Shown here in pieces: positions 1 to 8,967 of a DNA stretch of 55,085 nucleotides. Under the pieces are notes generated by a model. The model was not told where the DNA came from, searched no databases, and was given only the letters and a program-made list of their open reading frames with translations. Position numbers and translations under genes: made by a program. This DNA comes from Clostridia bacterium (GTDB taxonomy: Bacteria; Bacillota; Clostridia; Oscillospirales; RGIG8002). Every line of letters begins with the position of its first letter. Positions within the stretch are counted from its first letter, which is position 1. The stretch covers positions 1 to 55,085 of the forward strand of contig JAFZXI010000033.1 of assembly GCA_017616855.1 (NCBI GenBank), in the 5' to 3' direction.

Positions 1-44
1 GCGACGTGCTCGAGGCCTTCACGATCGAGGAATACAGGGAATGA
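1..44 (+). CDS. 3' end of an upstream CDS running off the window (partial)
   Basis: Frame 3 reads ...DVLEAFTIEEYRE followed by TGA at 42-44. Too short to identify. Confidence 0.2.
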   Translation, partial: DVLEAFTIEEYRE

Positions 45-78
45 TTCCCGTCACCATAAAATGAAAGGAAGAATCACT

Positions 79-2103
79 ATGAAAAAGCGTATCCTCTCCG
101 TTATCCTTGCGTTCGCGCTATTGCTCGGACTGCTTCCGCTGACGGCGATGACCGCCTCCGCGGCGAGCGAGCTCGATAACGCGCTGAACGTCTCAGGCGG
201 CAACCTGAAGTTCAACAGCACCGGCACCTATCCGTGGACCGCCGTAAACGACGGCACCCGCTATTACGCAACGAGCGGCAACGCCGGCGTCGCGAGCTCG
301 GAATCCGTAATGACTCTTTCCGTTTCTCCGACGAGCGCCACCGCGGTATCCTTCGAGTTCATGGCGTGGGGCGAGACCTACAAATCCGAGCCCTGCGACG
401 TATGCACCTTCTACATCGACAACGTGGCGCAGTTCAGCTACGGCGCTTACGACAACAACTGGGAAACGTATACCGCGCCGCTTTCCGCCGGCGCGCATAC
501 GCTCAAATGGGAGTATAAAAAGGACAGCTCCGCCGATCCGGTGCTCGACTTTTTCGCAGTAGATAACGTCAAGATCGGCATCGACCGCTACCCGCTCTAC
601 GCCAAGGGCACGCAGGTAACGACCGCCAACTGCCGCGACATTCTCGGCGACGGCAAGCTCTCGTTCGACCCCGCCACCTACACCCTCACCGTCGCGGGCA
701 CCGAATCCGGCCTGCAGGCGATCCTCATAAGCGAGCTCGACGGTCTGACCGTAAAAACGACTACCGACTCCACCTTCATGAACATGGGCACCGGCCCTGC
801 GGTATCGCTGAAGGGTAACACCACCTTCACGAGCGCGGGCGGCAGGCTCTCGCTTATGGCGATGAGCGGAAACGCGCTCAATTTTACCGGCAGCAATACC
901 ACCCTGTATTTTTACAGCGCCAAGTTCTACGCGCAGGGCACGACCGGCGGCTTCGTTTCCTCTGGTTCAGGCAACAAGCTCAACGTCAAGGCGTCGAGCG
1001 TCAGCGCCGTAGCCGAGAGCGGCAACGCAGCGGTAACGGGCTTCGGCGGCGGCATCAGCTATTCCGACTGCAGCCTTACCACCCCCGCCAACGCGCAGAT
1101 CTCCAACGGCCGGATCAACAGCGGCGGCTCCGCCGCGGGACAGGTCACCTTCTCCCTCAACAACGCAACGCTCTACGGCATCTGCACCACCGACTTCACC
1201 GGCAGCTACAGCGACAAATGGGTCAAGTTTGAAAGCACCTCGAGCAAAACGATCACCTCGCTCGGCTCCGCGCCCGAATCCTACGGCGTCGCCTACGCCT
1301 ACGGAACCATCTACGGCATCACCAACTCCGACGACGACGGAAACGGCGGCGGCATACTGTGGACGGCGCCCTTCAGCAATCCGAGCAGCTACACGACCGT
1401 CAAGCAGGTATACACCGGAGACGGCACCGTGCGTTCAATGACTTACGACTATACGAGAAAGCTGCTGTTCCTGATCATCAGCGTCAGCAATTCATCGACG
1501 CTTTATTCGCTCGATCCCTCCACCGCGGTATTGACCGAGATCGCCGCGCTGGGTCAGAACTTCTACGGTATCTGCGCCGACGAAAACGGCGCGCTTTACG
1601 CAATTAACAGCCTCGGCATGCTCTACTCTATTAACAGCAGGACCGCCGAATTGACCTTCGTCGCGTCCACGGGTTACGCCTGCAAGTACGTTCAGGACAT
1701 CGCATACGACTTCGATACCGGCGACATATACTGGGCGCGCGTATACTCGACGAACGACGGCGAGCACGGGCTCTGCCGCATAAACAAGGCTACCGGCGAA
1801 ACGTTCGTTCTGGATAAGATCGGCTCTGGCGGAGCCGAGATCGTCGGCATGTTCGCCGTTCCGACGAACGAGCCGGGCGGCGCACAGTTCACCAAGGGCG
1901 ATATGGACAACGACGGTCAGATAACCGTCGCGGACGCGCTCAGGGCGCTCCGCATCGCCGCCAAGCTCTCCAATCCGACCGAGGACGATATGGTCCGAGG
2001 CGACGTTGACTTCGACGGCGATATCACCGTCGCGGACGCGCTGAAGATACTCCGCGTCGCTGCGAGACTCGCTACGCCGGAATCGCTCCAACCGAACAGG
2101 TAA
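79..2103 (+). CDS. secreted dockerin-bearing protein (N-terminal jelly-roll-like module, propeller-like repeats, C-terminal type I dockerin)
   Basis: Signal peptide MKKRILSVILAFALLLGLLPLTAMTASA. Two dockerin Ca-loop/helix repeats: GDMDNDGQITVADALRALRIAAKL and GDVDFDGDITVADALKILRVAARL. Start set at ATG 79 because AAAGGAAG lies 7 nt upstream (ORF track starts at 61). Confidence 0.85.
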   Translation: MKKRILSVILAFALLLGLLPLTAMTASAASELDNALNVSGGNLKFNSTGTYPWTAVNDGTRYYATSGNAGVASSESVMTLSVSPTSATAVSFEFMAWGETYKSEPCDVCTFYIDNVAQFSYGAYDNNWETYTAPLSAGAHTLKWEYKKDSSADPVLDFFAVDNVKIGIDRYPLYAKGTQVTTANCRDILGDGKLSFDPATYTLTVAGTESGLQAILISELDGLTVKTTTDSTFMNMGTGPAVSLKGNTTFTSAGGRLSLMAMSGNALNFTGSNTTLYFYSAKFYAQGTTGGFVSSGSGNKLNVKASSVSAVAESGNAAVTGFGGGISYSDCSLTTPANAQISNGRINSGGSAAGQVTFSLNNATLYGICTTDFTGSYSDKWVKFESTSSKTITSLGSAPESYGVAYAYGTIYGITNSDDDGNGGGILWTAPFSNPSSYTTVKQVYTGDGTVRSMTYDYTRKLLFLIISVSNSSTLYSLDPSTAVLTEIAALGQNFYGICADENGALYAINSLGMLYSINSRTAELTFVASTGYACKYVQDIAYDFDTGDIYWARVYSTNDGEHGLCRINKATGETFVLDKIGSGGAEIVGMFAVPTNEPGGAQFTKGDMDNDGQITVADALRALRIAAKLSNPTEDDMVRGDVDFDGDITVADALKILRVAARLATPESLQPNR

Positions 2104-2113
2104 CGCGTTTTTT

Positions 2114-2156
2114 CCAAGGGCTTACTCCGCGCGGGTAAGCCCTTGGCGTGTTTATT
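2114..2156 (+). terminator. rho-independent terminator
   Basis: 12-bp stem ccaagggcttac / gtaagcccttgg (2114-2145) followed by cgtgTTTATT, 10 nt after the stop codon. Confidence 0.7.
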
Positions 2157-2221
2157 CAGTACCGAATACATAAAAATAACATAAGGAGGGAGGCGCCGCA
2201 GGCGCGGCGTTTCAACGAACT

Positions 2222-3712
2222 ATGAAAAGACTTTCAAAAAAGAAAATGATCATCTTCGCGATCGGGCAGCTCGGCTGGTCGATGCTCAGCGGAATCATCA
2301 ACACCTGGCTCGTCACCTTCTATCTGCCGGCGCAGGTCGATATCGACGGCGGCGCGACTCAGTATATCGTGCCCGGCCTCGTCATTTTCGGCTTCCTGAC
2401 CGTGCTCGGACTGATAACCGGTCTGAGCCGCATCTTCGACGCGATAACCGACCCGCTCATCGCTAACATGAGCGACCGCTTCAACAACAAATGGGGCAGA
2501 CGAAACCCCTTCATGCAGTGGGCCGCGATCCCGCTCTCGATAGTCACGGTGCTGCTCTTCTGCGCGCCCGTCGAGGCGATAAGCAGCACGAACATCATCT
2601 GGATTTCCATCTTCATCGTGCTTTTCTACACCTTCATGACGATGTACTGCACGCCCTATAACGCGCTGATTTCCGAATACGGCAAAACGCAGGACGACAG
2701 AATGTTCATCTCCACCGCGATTTCGCTGACCTTCTTCTTCGGCACGCTGCTGGCGTATACGCCCTTCGTCTTCTCGGGAATGCTGCGTCAGTTCGGCTAC
2801 GCCTGGAGCTACCGCATATGCTTCATAGTGCTCGCGGTCGTCGCCTGCGTATGCATGCTGCTGCCGACCTTCCTTATCCGCGAGAAGGAATACGTCGATA
2901 CCAAGCCCTCGAACGCCAACGTCTTCAAGTCGCTCGCCGCGACCTTCAAGAACCGCGAGTTCCGCGTTTTCGTCGGCTCCGATATCATGTACTGGATCGG
3001 TCTGACGCTCTTCCAGACGGGCCTCCCCTTCTTCGTCAAGGTCTCGATGGCGCTTGACGAAAGCTACACGATGATATTCATGGGCGCGATGACCGTGCTC
3101 TCCGCCTGCTTCTACCCCTTCGTCGCCGGAATGGTGCGTAAGTTCGGCAAGAAGAAGCTGACGATATGCGGCTTTATCGGGCTCGCGCTGGCGTACCTCA
3201 TCACCGCGATGATCCGCTTCGTGCCGCTGCCCGGAATCGTTTACGGCGCCGCGATATGCATTATCGCCGCGTTCCCGATGGCGCTGCTCGGCATAATCCC
3301 GCAGTCCATCGTCGCCGACGTCGCCGAAGCTGACGGCGTCGAAACGGGCGAAAACCGCGAGGGTATGTTCTTCGCGGCGCGCACCTTCGCCATGAAGTGG
3401 GGACAGTCCATCGCGATGCTCGTCTTCACCTCGCTCGCGATCATCGGCACGACCCAGAACGCCAACGCCAACGAGATCACCGCTTCTCCGAAGGGCCTGA
3501 CGATCGTCGCCTTCGCCGCCGTCGCCTTCTGCGTAATCGGCGCGGTCATACTCGGGCTCTATAACGAGAAAAAGATAATGAAGACCATCGACAAATCCGG
3601 CAGCACGCCCAACGAGCTGCCCGAAACGCACAAACACTTCGAGGTGCCGCTCGCTCCCAACGCGCCCGATATGCCCGGCAACTCCGAAGCGCCGGCCGAC
3701 GACGCGGAGTAA
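2222..3712 (+). CDS. GPH-family (MelB-like) glycoside-pentoside-hexuronide:cation symporter
   Basis: 496 aa, about 12 TM segments. N-terminus KKKMIIFAIGQLGWSMLSG and the overall pattern are typical of MFS/GPH sugar symporters. Lies upstream of an alpha-galactosidase-like gene. Confidence 0.8.
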   Translation: MKRLSKKKMIIFAIGQLGWSMLSGIINTWLVTFYLPAQVDIDGGATQYIVPGLVIFGFLTVLGLITGLSRIFDAITDPLIANMSDRFNNKWGRRNPFMQWAAIPLSIVTVLLFCAPVEAISSTNIIWISIFIVLFYTFMTMYCTPYNALISEYGKTQDDRMFISTAISLTFFFGTLLAYTPFVFSGMLRQFGYAWSYRICFIVLAVVACVCMLLPTFLIREKEYVDTKPSNANVFKSLAATFKNREFRVFVGSDIMYWIGLTLFQTGLPFFVKVSMALDESYTMIFMGAMTVLSACFYPFVAGMVRKFGKKKLTICGFIGLALAYLITAMIRFVPLPGIVYGAAICIIAAFPMALLGIIPQSIVADVAEADGVETGENREGMFFAARTFAMKWGQSIAMLVFTSLAIIGTTQNANANEITASPKGLTIVAFAAVAFCVIGAVILGLYNEKKIMKTIDKSGSTPNELPETHKHFEVPLAPNAPDMPGNSEAPADDAE

Positions 3713-3716
3713 CGCC

Positions 3717-5327
3717 ATGGAACGCGAGTTTACGCTCACATATTTTGCCGAAGGCGACCTCCGCGAGCTGCGCGAAGCGTCGAACGCCGACGTCGAGCTG
3801 CGTTTTTCCGACGACGGAAAGCGCCGTATTGTCACGCTCGCCGCGAAGCGCGAGCTCGAGCTCGTCGGATACCGCGAGGACTTCCCGCTTGACGCGGGCA
3901 AAGACGCGCTGTATTTCACCAACGGCTACCAATCCTGGACCGAGACCGCCGAGCGCCGCCTTAACGAAAAAGAGCGCGACGTCATGCGCCTCCCGAAAAG
4001 GATAATCCGTTCGTTTGCGCTCGACCGCTACGGCGACGCGCAGATTTACCGCTATTCACGCCGCAAGCTGCACGGCTACGACGCCTTCTACGCCAAGGGC
4101 GCGAACGGCGGCTGGGCGGTAAACCTCAACGCCGCGAACGCGTGGCTGATCTTCGAGATAGACCGCAAAAAAGGCGCCGTCACGCTGATTTCCGACGTCG
4201 AGGGCGCGAAGCTCGCCGAAGGCGCGGAGTTCACCCTCTGCGACTGCGCCTACGGCGCGGAATGGCGGGGCCTGCCCGAAACCTACTTCCCGAAGCGCGA
4301 TATCAAAAAGGTCTTCGGCTACACCTCGTGGTATAACTACTACCAGAACATCAGCGAGGATATAATCCTGCGCGATCTCGAGGGGCTGGACGAACGCTTC
4401 GACGTTTTCCAGATAGACGACGGCTACGCCGAACACGTCGGCGACTGGCTCGAAGTCGATAAGCAGAAGTTCCCCAACGGGCTTGAGCCGATCGCCGCGA
4501 AGATACGCGAGCGCGGTTTTACGCCGGGCATCTGGCTCGCGCCGCTCGTCGCGGAAGAAAAGAGCAAGCTTTTCGAGGAACACGCCGACTGGTTCAGAAG
4601 CGGCGATGACTGCGGTTTCGTCAAGTGCGGCTGCAACTGGTCCGGTTTCTACGCGCTCGACCTCGAGAACCCGGACGCGCTCGACTATATCCGCAAGTGC
4701 CTGAAGCATTACGCGGATATGGGCTTCGGCTTCTTCAAGCTCGACTTCCTCTACGCCGCGTCCCTGCCGCATTACGACGGGCTGACCCGCGCGCAGGCGG
4801 CGGAACGCGCTTACGCGTTCCTGCGCGATTGCCTCGGCGACAACGTCATTCTCGGCTGCGGCGCGACGCTTTTCAACGCCGCGGGCAAGTTCGACTACAT
4901 GCGCGTCGGACCGGACGTCTCGCTCGATTTCGACGACAAGTGGTTCATGCGGCACATGCACCGCGAGCGCGTTTCGACGAAGGTCACGCTGCAGAATACC
5001 GTCTACCGCTCCTTCACCGACGGGCGCCTGTTCGGCAACGACCCCGACGTTTTCCTGCTCCGCGACGGCAATATCAAGCTCTCCAAGGAGCAGCGCCGCG
5101 CGCTCGTCACGCTGAACGCGCTTTTCGGCAGCGTGCTGATGACCTCGGACAACCTCGCGGAATACGACGAAAATAAAAAAGCCCTGCTTTCGCAGGCGCT
5201 CGAACTCTTCCGCGAAGCGAAGGTTACCGGTTTCAGCCGCGGCGGGCGCATGATAAGCGTCGAATATGAACTCGGCGGCGAAAAGCGCACTATCCTCTAC
5301 TCTACCGAAAGGGGCATGCTTGTATGA
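3717..5327 (+). CDS. alpha-galactosidase-like glycoside hydrolase (clan GH-D, GH36-like)
   Basis: FQIDDGY and FFKLDFLY motifs characteristic of the GH27/GH36 TIM barrel. Starts 5 nt after the symporter stop. Confidence 0.6.
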   Translation: MEREFTLTYFAEGDLRELREASNADVELRFSDDGKRRIVTLAAKRELELVGYREDFPLDAGKDALYFTNGYQSWTETAERRLNEKERDVMRLPKRIIRSFALDRYGDAQIYRYSRRKLHGYDAFYAKGANGGWAVNLNAANAWLIFEIDRKKGAVTLISDVEGAKLAEGAEFTLCDCAYGAEWRGLPETYFPKRDIKKVFGYTSWYNYYQNISEDIILRDLEGLDERFDVFQIDDGYAEHVGDWLEVDKQKFPNGLEPIAAKIRERGFTPGIWLAPLVAEEKSKLFEEHADWFRSGDDCGFVKCGCNWSGFYALDLENPDALDYIRKCLKHYADMGFGFFKLDFLYAASLPHYDGLTRAQAAERAYAFLRDCLGDNVILGCGATLFNAAGKFDYMRVGPDVSLDFDDKWFMRHMHRERVSTKVTLQNTVYRSFTDGRLFGNDPDVFLLRDGNIKLSKEQRRALVTLNALFGSVLMTSDNLAEYDENKKALLSQALELFREAKVTGFSRGGRMISVEYELGGEKRTILYSTERGMLV

Positions 5328-6769
5328 CCGACAGAACGGGCGTCATTTTCGGCAACGAAATTGACAAAAAGACCGTCAAAAAGGCGGAGAAGAGCAAGCA
5401 GAAGTATATCAAAAAGTACGGCGACGACTCCGCCGCCGACTACAAGCTCGCGTTCGAGCCCATCGACGCGCTCGACTTCATCGGCGCGCAGAACATCGTC
5501 TTCGGCGACGGCGAAAGCGCCGCCTTCGGCGAAAAGCCGCTGATAGTCGGCAATATCCGCATGGGCTTCGGGCATTATCGCATTTCGATCGCGATGGCGT
5601 CATGCGCGAAGGCGCTCGGCTACACGCCCTACTGGCTCGACCTCGCCTCCTTCGACGCGACCGGCTCGAAGATGATCCGCGAGCAGAACGACCTCTATTC
5701 CCTCGCCTCGCGCATTTCGCAGAAGTCACGGCTTTTCAACAAGTTCATATGGGAGCCGCTGAACAGCGAGGGTTTCAAAAAGATAACCTACAACGCGAAG
5801 GATCAGAAGAACAGCGAACTGCTCGTTCCGATATTCAGGAATATCCCGAAGGATATTCCCTATATCGCGACGCACGTCTGGCCCGCGCAGGGCGCGATTC
5901 ACGCCGGCATGACGCACGTCGTCAACGCGATCCCGGATAACTGGCCGATGGGACTCCACCTTTCCGAAGGCGCGATCCATACGGTGCAGACCCCCTTCGC
6001 CTACCTCGGCTACAAGACGCTGGACGGATTTGCGAAAACGCCGCTGCGGGGCATTCCCGAAGCGCAGCTGAAGACGGTAGGCAGGTACGTCGACCACGAG
6101 CTCCTCGCCGGACTCGAAGCGGATAACGCAGCGCGCGCAGCGCGCTGCGAAGGCGGCAAGCCGCTGCGTATCCTGCTCACAGTCGGCGGAGCCGGAGCCG
6201 GCGGCGGTATGTTCGCGGCGATGATAAAGCACCTGCTGCCCTACGTCAGGGCAAAGAAGGCGGCGCTCTTCATCAACGCCGGCGACCACGCCGACGTCTG
6301 CGACTCCATCGCCAAGCAGGTCGGAATCGAAAACGACGCCCGCTTCCTTCGCAACGACTGGGCGGGACTGAAGGCGCTCGTTTCCGAACTGCGCGAAGGC
6401 GACGCGGAAGGCGTCACCTTCATCTGTGACGACGATATCTTCCGCGCGGTCTACGGCACGAATCTGCTGATGCCCGTCTGCGACCTGCTCATCACGAAGC
6501 CGAGCGAGCTCGCCTATTACCCGATCCCGAAGGTGTTTATGAAGCACATCGGCGGGCACGAGGTCTACGGCGCGATCAACGGCCGCGAATACGGCGACTC
6601 GGTCAACGAATATCCCGAAATCAAGGACCTCAACGCCGCGCTCGACAGACTGCTGACTGACCGCGAGTTGATACCGCATATTTGCCGCCGCATAAACGAG
6701 CTGAAGGCGCAGGGCGCTTACGACGGAGGATACGAGTGCGTCAAGCTCGCCGCACGCGAGTTTGACTAA
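5324..6769 (+). CDS. GT-B fold glycosyltransferase-like protein (MGDG-synthase/UgtP, GT28-like)
   Basis: ATGA overlap with the previous gene. GFGHYRISIAMASCAKALG, ILLTVGGAGAGGG and LLITKPSELAYYPIP align by eye to the UgtP motifs GNGH..., ILIMAGAHG and ITKPGGITLTEA. Confidence 0.5.
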   Translation: MTDRTGVIFGNEIDKKTVKKAEKSKQKYIKKYGDDSAADYKLAFEPIDALDFIGAQNIVFGDGESAAFGEKPLIVGNIRMGFGHYRISIAMASCAKALGYTPYWLDLASFDATGSKMIREQNDLYSLASRISQKSRLFNKFIWEPLNSEGFKKITYNAKDQKNSELLVPIFRNIPKDIPYIATHVWPAQGAIHAGMTHVVNAIPDNWPMGLHLSEGAIHTVQTPFAYLGYKTLDGFAKTPLRGIPEAQLKTVGRYVDHELLAGLEADNAARAARCEGGKPLRILLTVGGAGAGGGMFAAMIKHLLPYVRAKKAALFINAGDHADVCDSIAKQVGIENDARFLRNDWAGLKALVSELREGDAEGVTFICDDDIFRAVYGTNLLMPVCDLLITKPSELAYYPIPKVFMKHIGGHEVYGAINGREYGDSVNEYPEIKDLNAALDRLLTDRELIPHICRRINELKAQGAYDGGYECVKLAAREFD

Positions 6770-6882
6770 ATGAATACTGAAGATTTAAGATTTAATAATG
6801 AATAATTAACGTTCAAAGCCGCTTCCCGATTGGGAAGCGGCTTTGTTCATTCATTATTAAATATTCAGTTTTCAGTATTCAT
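6770..6882. mobile_element. 113-bp palindromic MITE-like element (two inverted AT-rich modules around a central hairpin), flanked by TAA on both sides
   Basis: Terminal inverted repeats ATGAATACTGAA / TTCAGTATTCAT. TAA at 6767-6769 and at 6883-6885. The same AT-rich module recurs at 32928 and 52379. Confidence 0.6.
6814..6845. terminator. bidirectional terminator-like hairpin between convergent genes
   Basis: 14-bp stem caaagccgcttccc / gggaagcggctttg with loop gatt. A/T-rich on both sides. Near-identical hairpin at 19314-19343. Confidence 0.6.
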
Positions 6883-7728
6883 TAAAAACCTTTCAAGGTT
6901 TTCTTTTCCCACGCGTATGCCCCACTCGGGCGGCTCGCCGCCCTCGTACTCAATCGAGTAATATCCGTCGTATCCGCTTTCGCGCAGGACGCGCAGGGAC
7001 TGCGCCGCTTTCGCCGCGCCGAAGCCGAGCACGCAGCCGCGGAGCTTGTTTCCTCCGCGCGTTGCGAACCACCCCTCGCCGGGGTCGGCTTCCGCGGCGG
7101 ACTTGAAGAGGAAGTCCTTGCAGTGCACGTGCCGCGCGTACGGCGCGAGGACGCGCACGCTTTCGACGGGGTCCGCGTCGACGCACATGAAGTTGCCTAT
7201 ATCGACGAGGGCGCCGAAGTTTGGGTGGTCTACCGCCTTTATCAGCTTTTCGACACGGCCGGCGTCCTGCGAGAAGAAGCCGTGGTTCTCCGTCAGCGTC
7301 TTTATCCCGACGCTCGCGGCGTATTCGGTCACGCGGCGGATACCCTCCGCCATATACGGAACCGCGGCGTCGTAAGTCTGCTCAAACGGCTCCGGAAGCG
7401 GACCGCGCGCGGCGTCGTGCCGCAGGAACTCGCAGCCGAGCGCGGCGGCGACGTCCGCCTGCCGCTTCGCGTTCTCAACCTCGCGGCGCATTTCCTCCGC
7501 GTCCGCGGTCGCGAAATGGCCGCCCGCGCAGAGATTGACCGGTTTCACTCCCGCTTCCGCGCAGCGCGCGCGTACGAGCGGCGCTTCCGCGACGGTCAAC
7601 CCGTCGCACTCCGCGAACTCTATCCCGTCAAAGCCCTTCTCCGCCGCCTTGTCGATAACGGCGAAAAGCCCTTCGAGCGTTCTTTCTCTCGTCCAGTAAA
7701 AGCCGTAGCTGCTGACGCAAAGTTTCAT
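6865..7728 (-). CDS. sugar phosphate isomerase/epimerase (xylose-isomerase-like TIM barrel)
   Basis: 287 aa. The FDGIEF...ENH...VHCKD pattern is typical of the AP-endonuclease-2/xylose isomerase-like family. The last 5 codons (MNTEN) and the stop lie inside the AT-rich repeat module. Confidence 0.75.
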   Translation of the reverse strand: MKLCVSSYGFYWTRERTLEGLFAVIDKAAEKGFDGIEFAECDGLTVAEAPLVRARCAEAGVKPVNLCAGGHFATADAEEMRREVENAKRQADVAAALGCEFLRHDAARGPLPEPFEQTYDAAVPYMAEGIRRVTEYAASVGIKTLTENHGFFSQDAGRVEKLIKAVDHPNFGALVDIGNFMCVDADPVESVRVLAPYARHVHCKDFLFKSAAEADPGEGWFATRGGNKLRGCVLGFGAAKAAQSLRVLRESGYDGYYSIEYEGGEPPEWGIRVGKENLERFLMNTEN

Positions 7729-7743
7729 GCGCTCACCCCGTAT

Positions 7744-8940
7744 TTAACTGAAGCGGAAGAACAGAATGTTATCCGGCTTGTAGAGATTGAAATACTCCGA
7801 CTGAACGTCGACGTCGTCGCCGATGCGGCTGTCGATAAAGGCGTAGCAGAAGCCGTCGTAGCCGTCCGGCACTATAACTTCGACGTCGATGGTGCCCATA
7901 TACGCTTCGCTCTCGGCGATATCGGTAACGTTGTAGATATAAATGCTCTTTTTGACGCCGTTTATCTCGACCTGCGTCTCATACCAGTAGCGGTCCTCGT
8001 CGAGCGCGGCGTAATCGTAGCCGTCGTAAGTCGTGATATCGTAATAATCCTCGAACTCGTAGAATATCCCCGGGACGACGCCGGACGGGAAGGACATCGT
8101 GAACTTCGCCTTTCGCGAGGTATAGCCGGTCAGGTCGACGCCGAGATCCTGCAGGAACGCGAGCGCTTCGTCGGAGATCGCGCCCTTCACGTAGGAGTCC
8201 ACGCAGAGCGTGCCGACGGCGGCGGCGCTGTCGTCGTTGCGTTCGCCCGTAACGTAGGTGCGCTCAATGCCCGGCTGCAGCAGATGCGGCGTTATGCCGA
8301 GCTCCTCGAAATCGGGCACGGGCTCGGGTTCGGGCTCCGGCTCCGAAGAGGAGGGTTCGGGTTCGGACGACGACGGTTCGGGTTCATCTGAGGAGCGCGG
8401 CGTTTCGCCGTTGCCGCGCGTGAAGCTGACCGTCGGGAAGTTTCTGTCGTCTTCGTAGAAGAGCATATTGTCGCCGGAGATTTTGTATGTGTAGGAATAC
8501 GATGAACTGCCGAGGGTTATCGTAATTATCCCGTCGTTGGTCCTGTAGGTTATGTTTGCGCCGTTGAGAGTGCCGGTCCCGTCGCCGTTAAGCACCATAA
8601 CGTCGTCCGTGTTGCTTATCCAGGTGCCCGGGAGCTTATCGCCTCCGAGAACGCCGGTGAGGAAAAGGATGCCGACCGCGATGCCCGCGGCAACGACGAG
8701 CGCGATGACCGCCCAGAGCCACTTTTTGCCCGACTTTTTCGCGGGCGCGGGAGCGGGCGGATAGTATCCCTGCGGCTGCTGATAGTATTGCTGTTGGGGT
8801 TGGTACTGCGGCGCGGGCTGCTGAACGGGCTGCGGCTCCGGCTGCGGAGCCGCGGTAACGGGCAGCTGCGTTCCGCAGTTTGTGCAGAACGCCGTGCCGT
8901 CCGGCAGCTGCGTTCCGCAGTTAACACAAAACTTCGCCAT
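7744..8940 (-). CDS. zinc-ribbon membrane-anchored protein of unknown function
   Basis: N-terminal CVNCGTQLPDGTAFCTNCGTQL double CxxC, P/Q-rich linker, one TM segment (WLWAVIALVVAAGIAVGILFL), then an extracellular domain with an SSEPEP repeat. Confidence 0.7.
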   Translation of the reverse strand: MAKFCVNCGTQLPDGTAFCTNCGTQLPVTAAPQPEPQPVQQPAPQYQPQQQYYQQPQGYYPPAPAPAKKSGKKWLWAVIALVVAAGIAVGILFLTGVLGGDKLPGTWISNTDDVMVLNGDGTGTLNGANITYRTNDGIITITLGSSSYSYTYKISGDNMLFYEDDRNFPTVSFTRGNGETPRSSDEPEPSSSEPEPSSSEPEPEPEPVPDFEELGITPHLLQPGIERTYVTGERNDDSAAAVGTLCVDSYVKGAISDEALAFLQDLGVDLTGYTSRKAKFTMSFPSGVVPGIFYEFEDYYDITTYDGYDYAALDEDRYWYETQVEINGVKKSIYIYNVTDIAESEAYMGTIDVEVIVPDGYDGFCYAFIDSRIGDDVDVQSEYFNLYKPDNILFFRFS

Positions 8941-8967
8941 TATCGTAACCTCCGTTTTCCCTTACGT

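Noticed and set aside
2183-2224. Strong SD (AAGGAGGGAGG) about 30 nt upstream of the symporter ATG, separated by a cgccgc-aggc-gcggcg hairpin, as a structure-bridged ribosome binding site
   Set aside because: There is no in-frame alternative start upstream (TAA at 2177-2179). Even with the hairpin folded, the spacing stays long. It is too speculative, so I keep ATG 2222 as the start.
2234-3922. 562-aa minus-strand ORF opposite the GPH symporter
   Set aside because: It is an antisense shadow ORF with a low-complexity R/G/E/D-rich translation. The plus strand gives a convincing 12-TM transporter.
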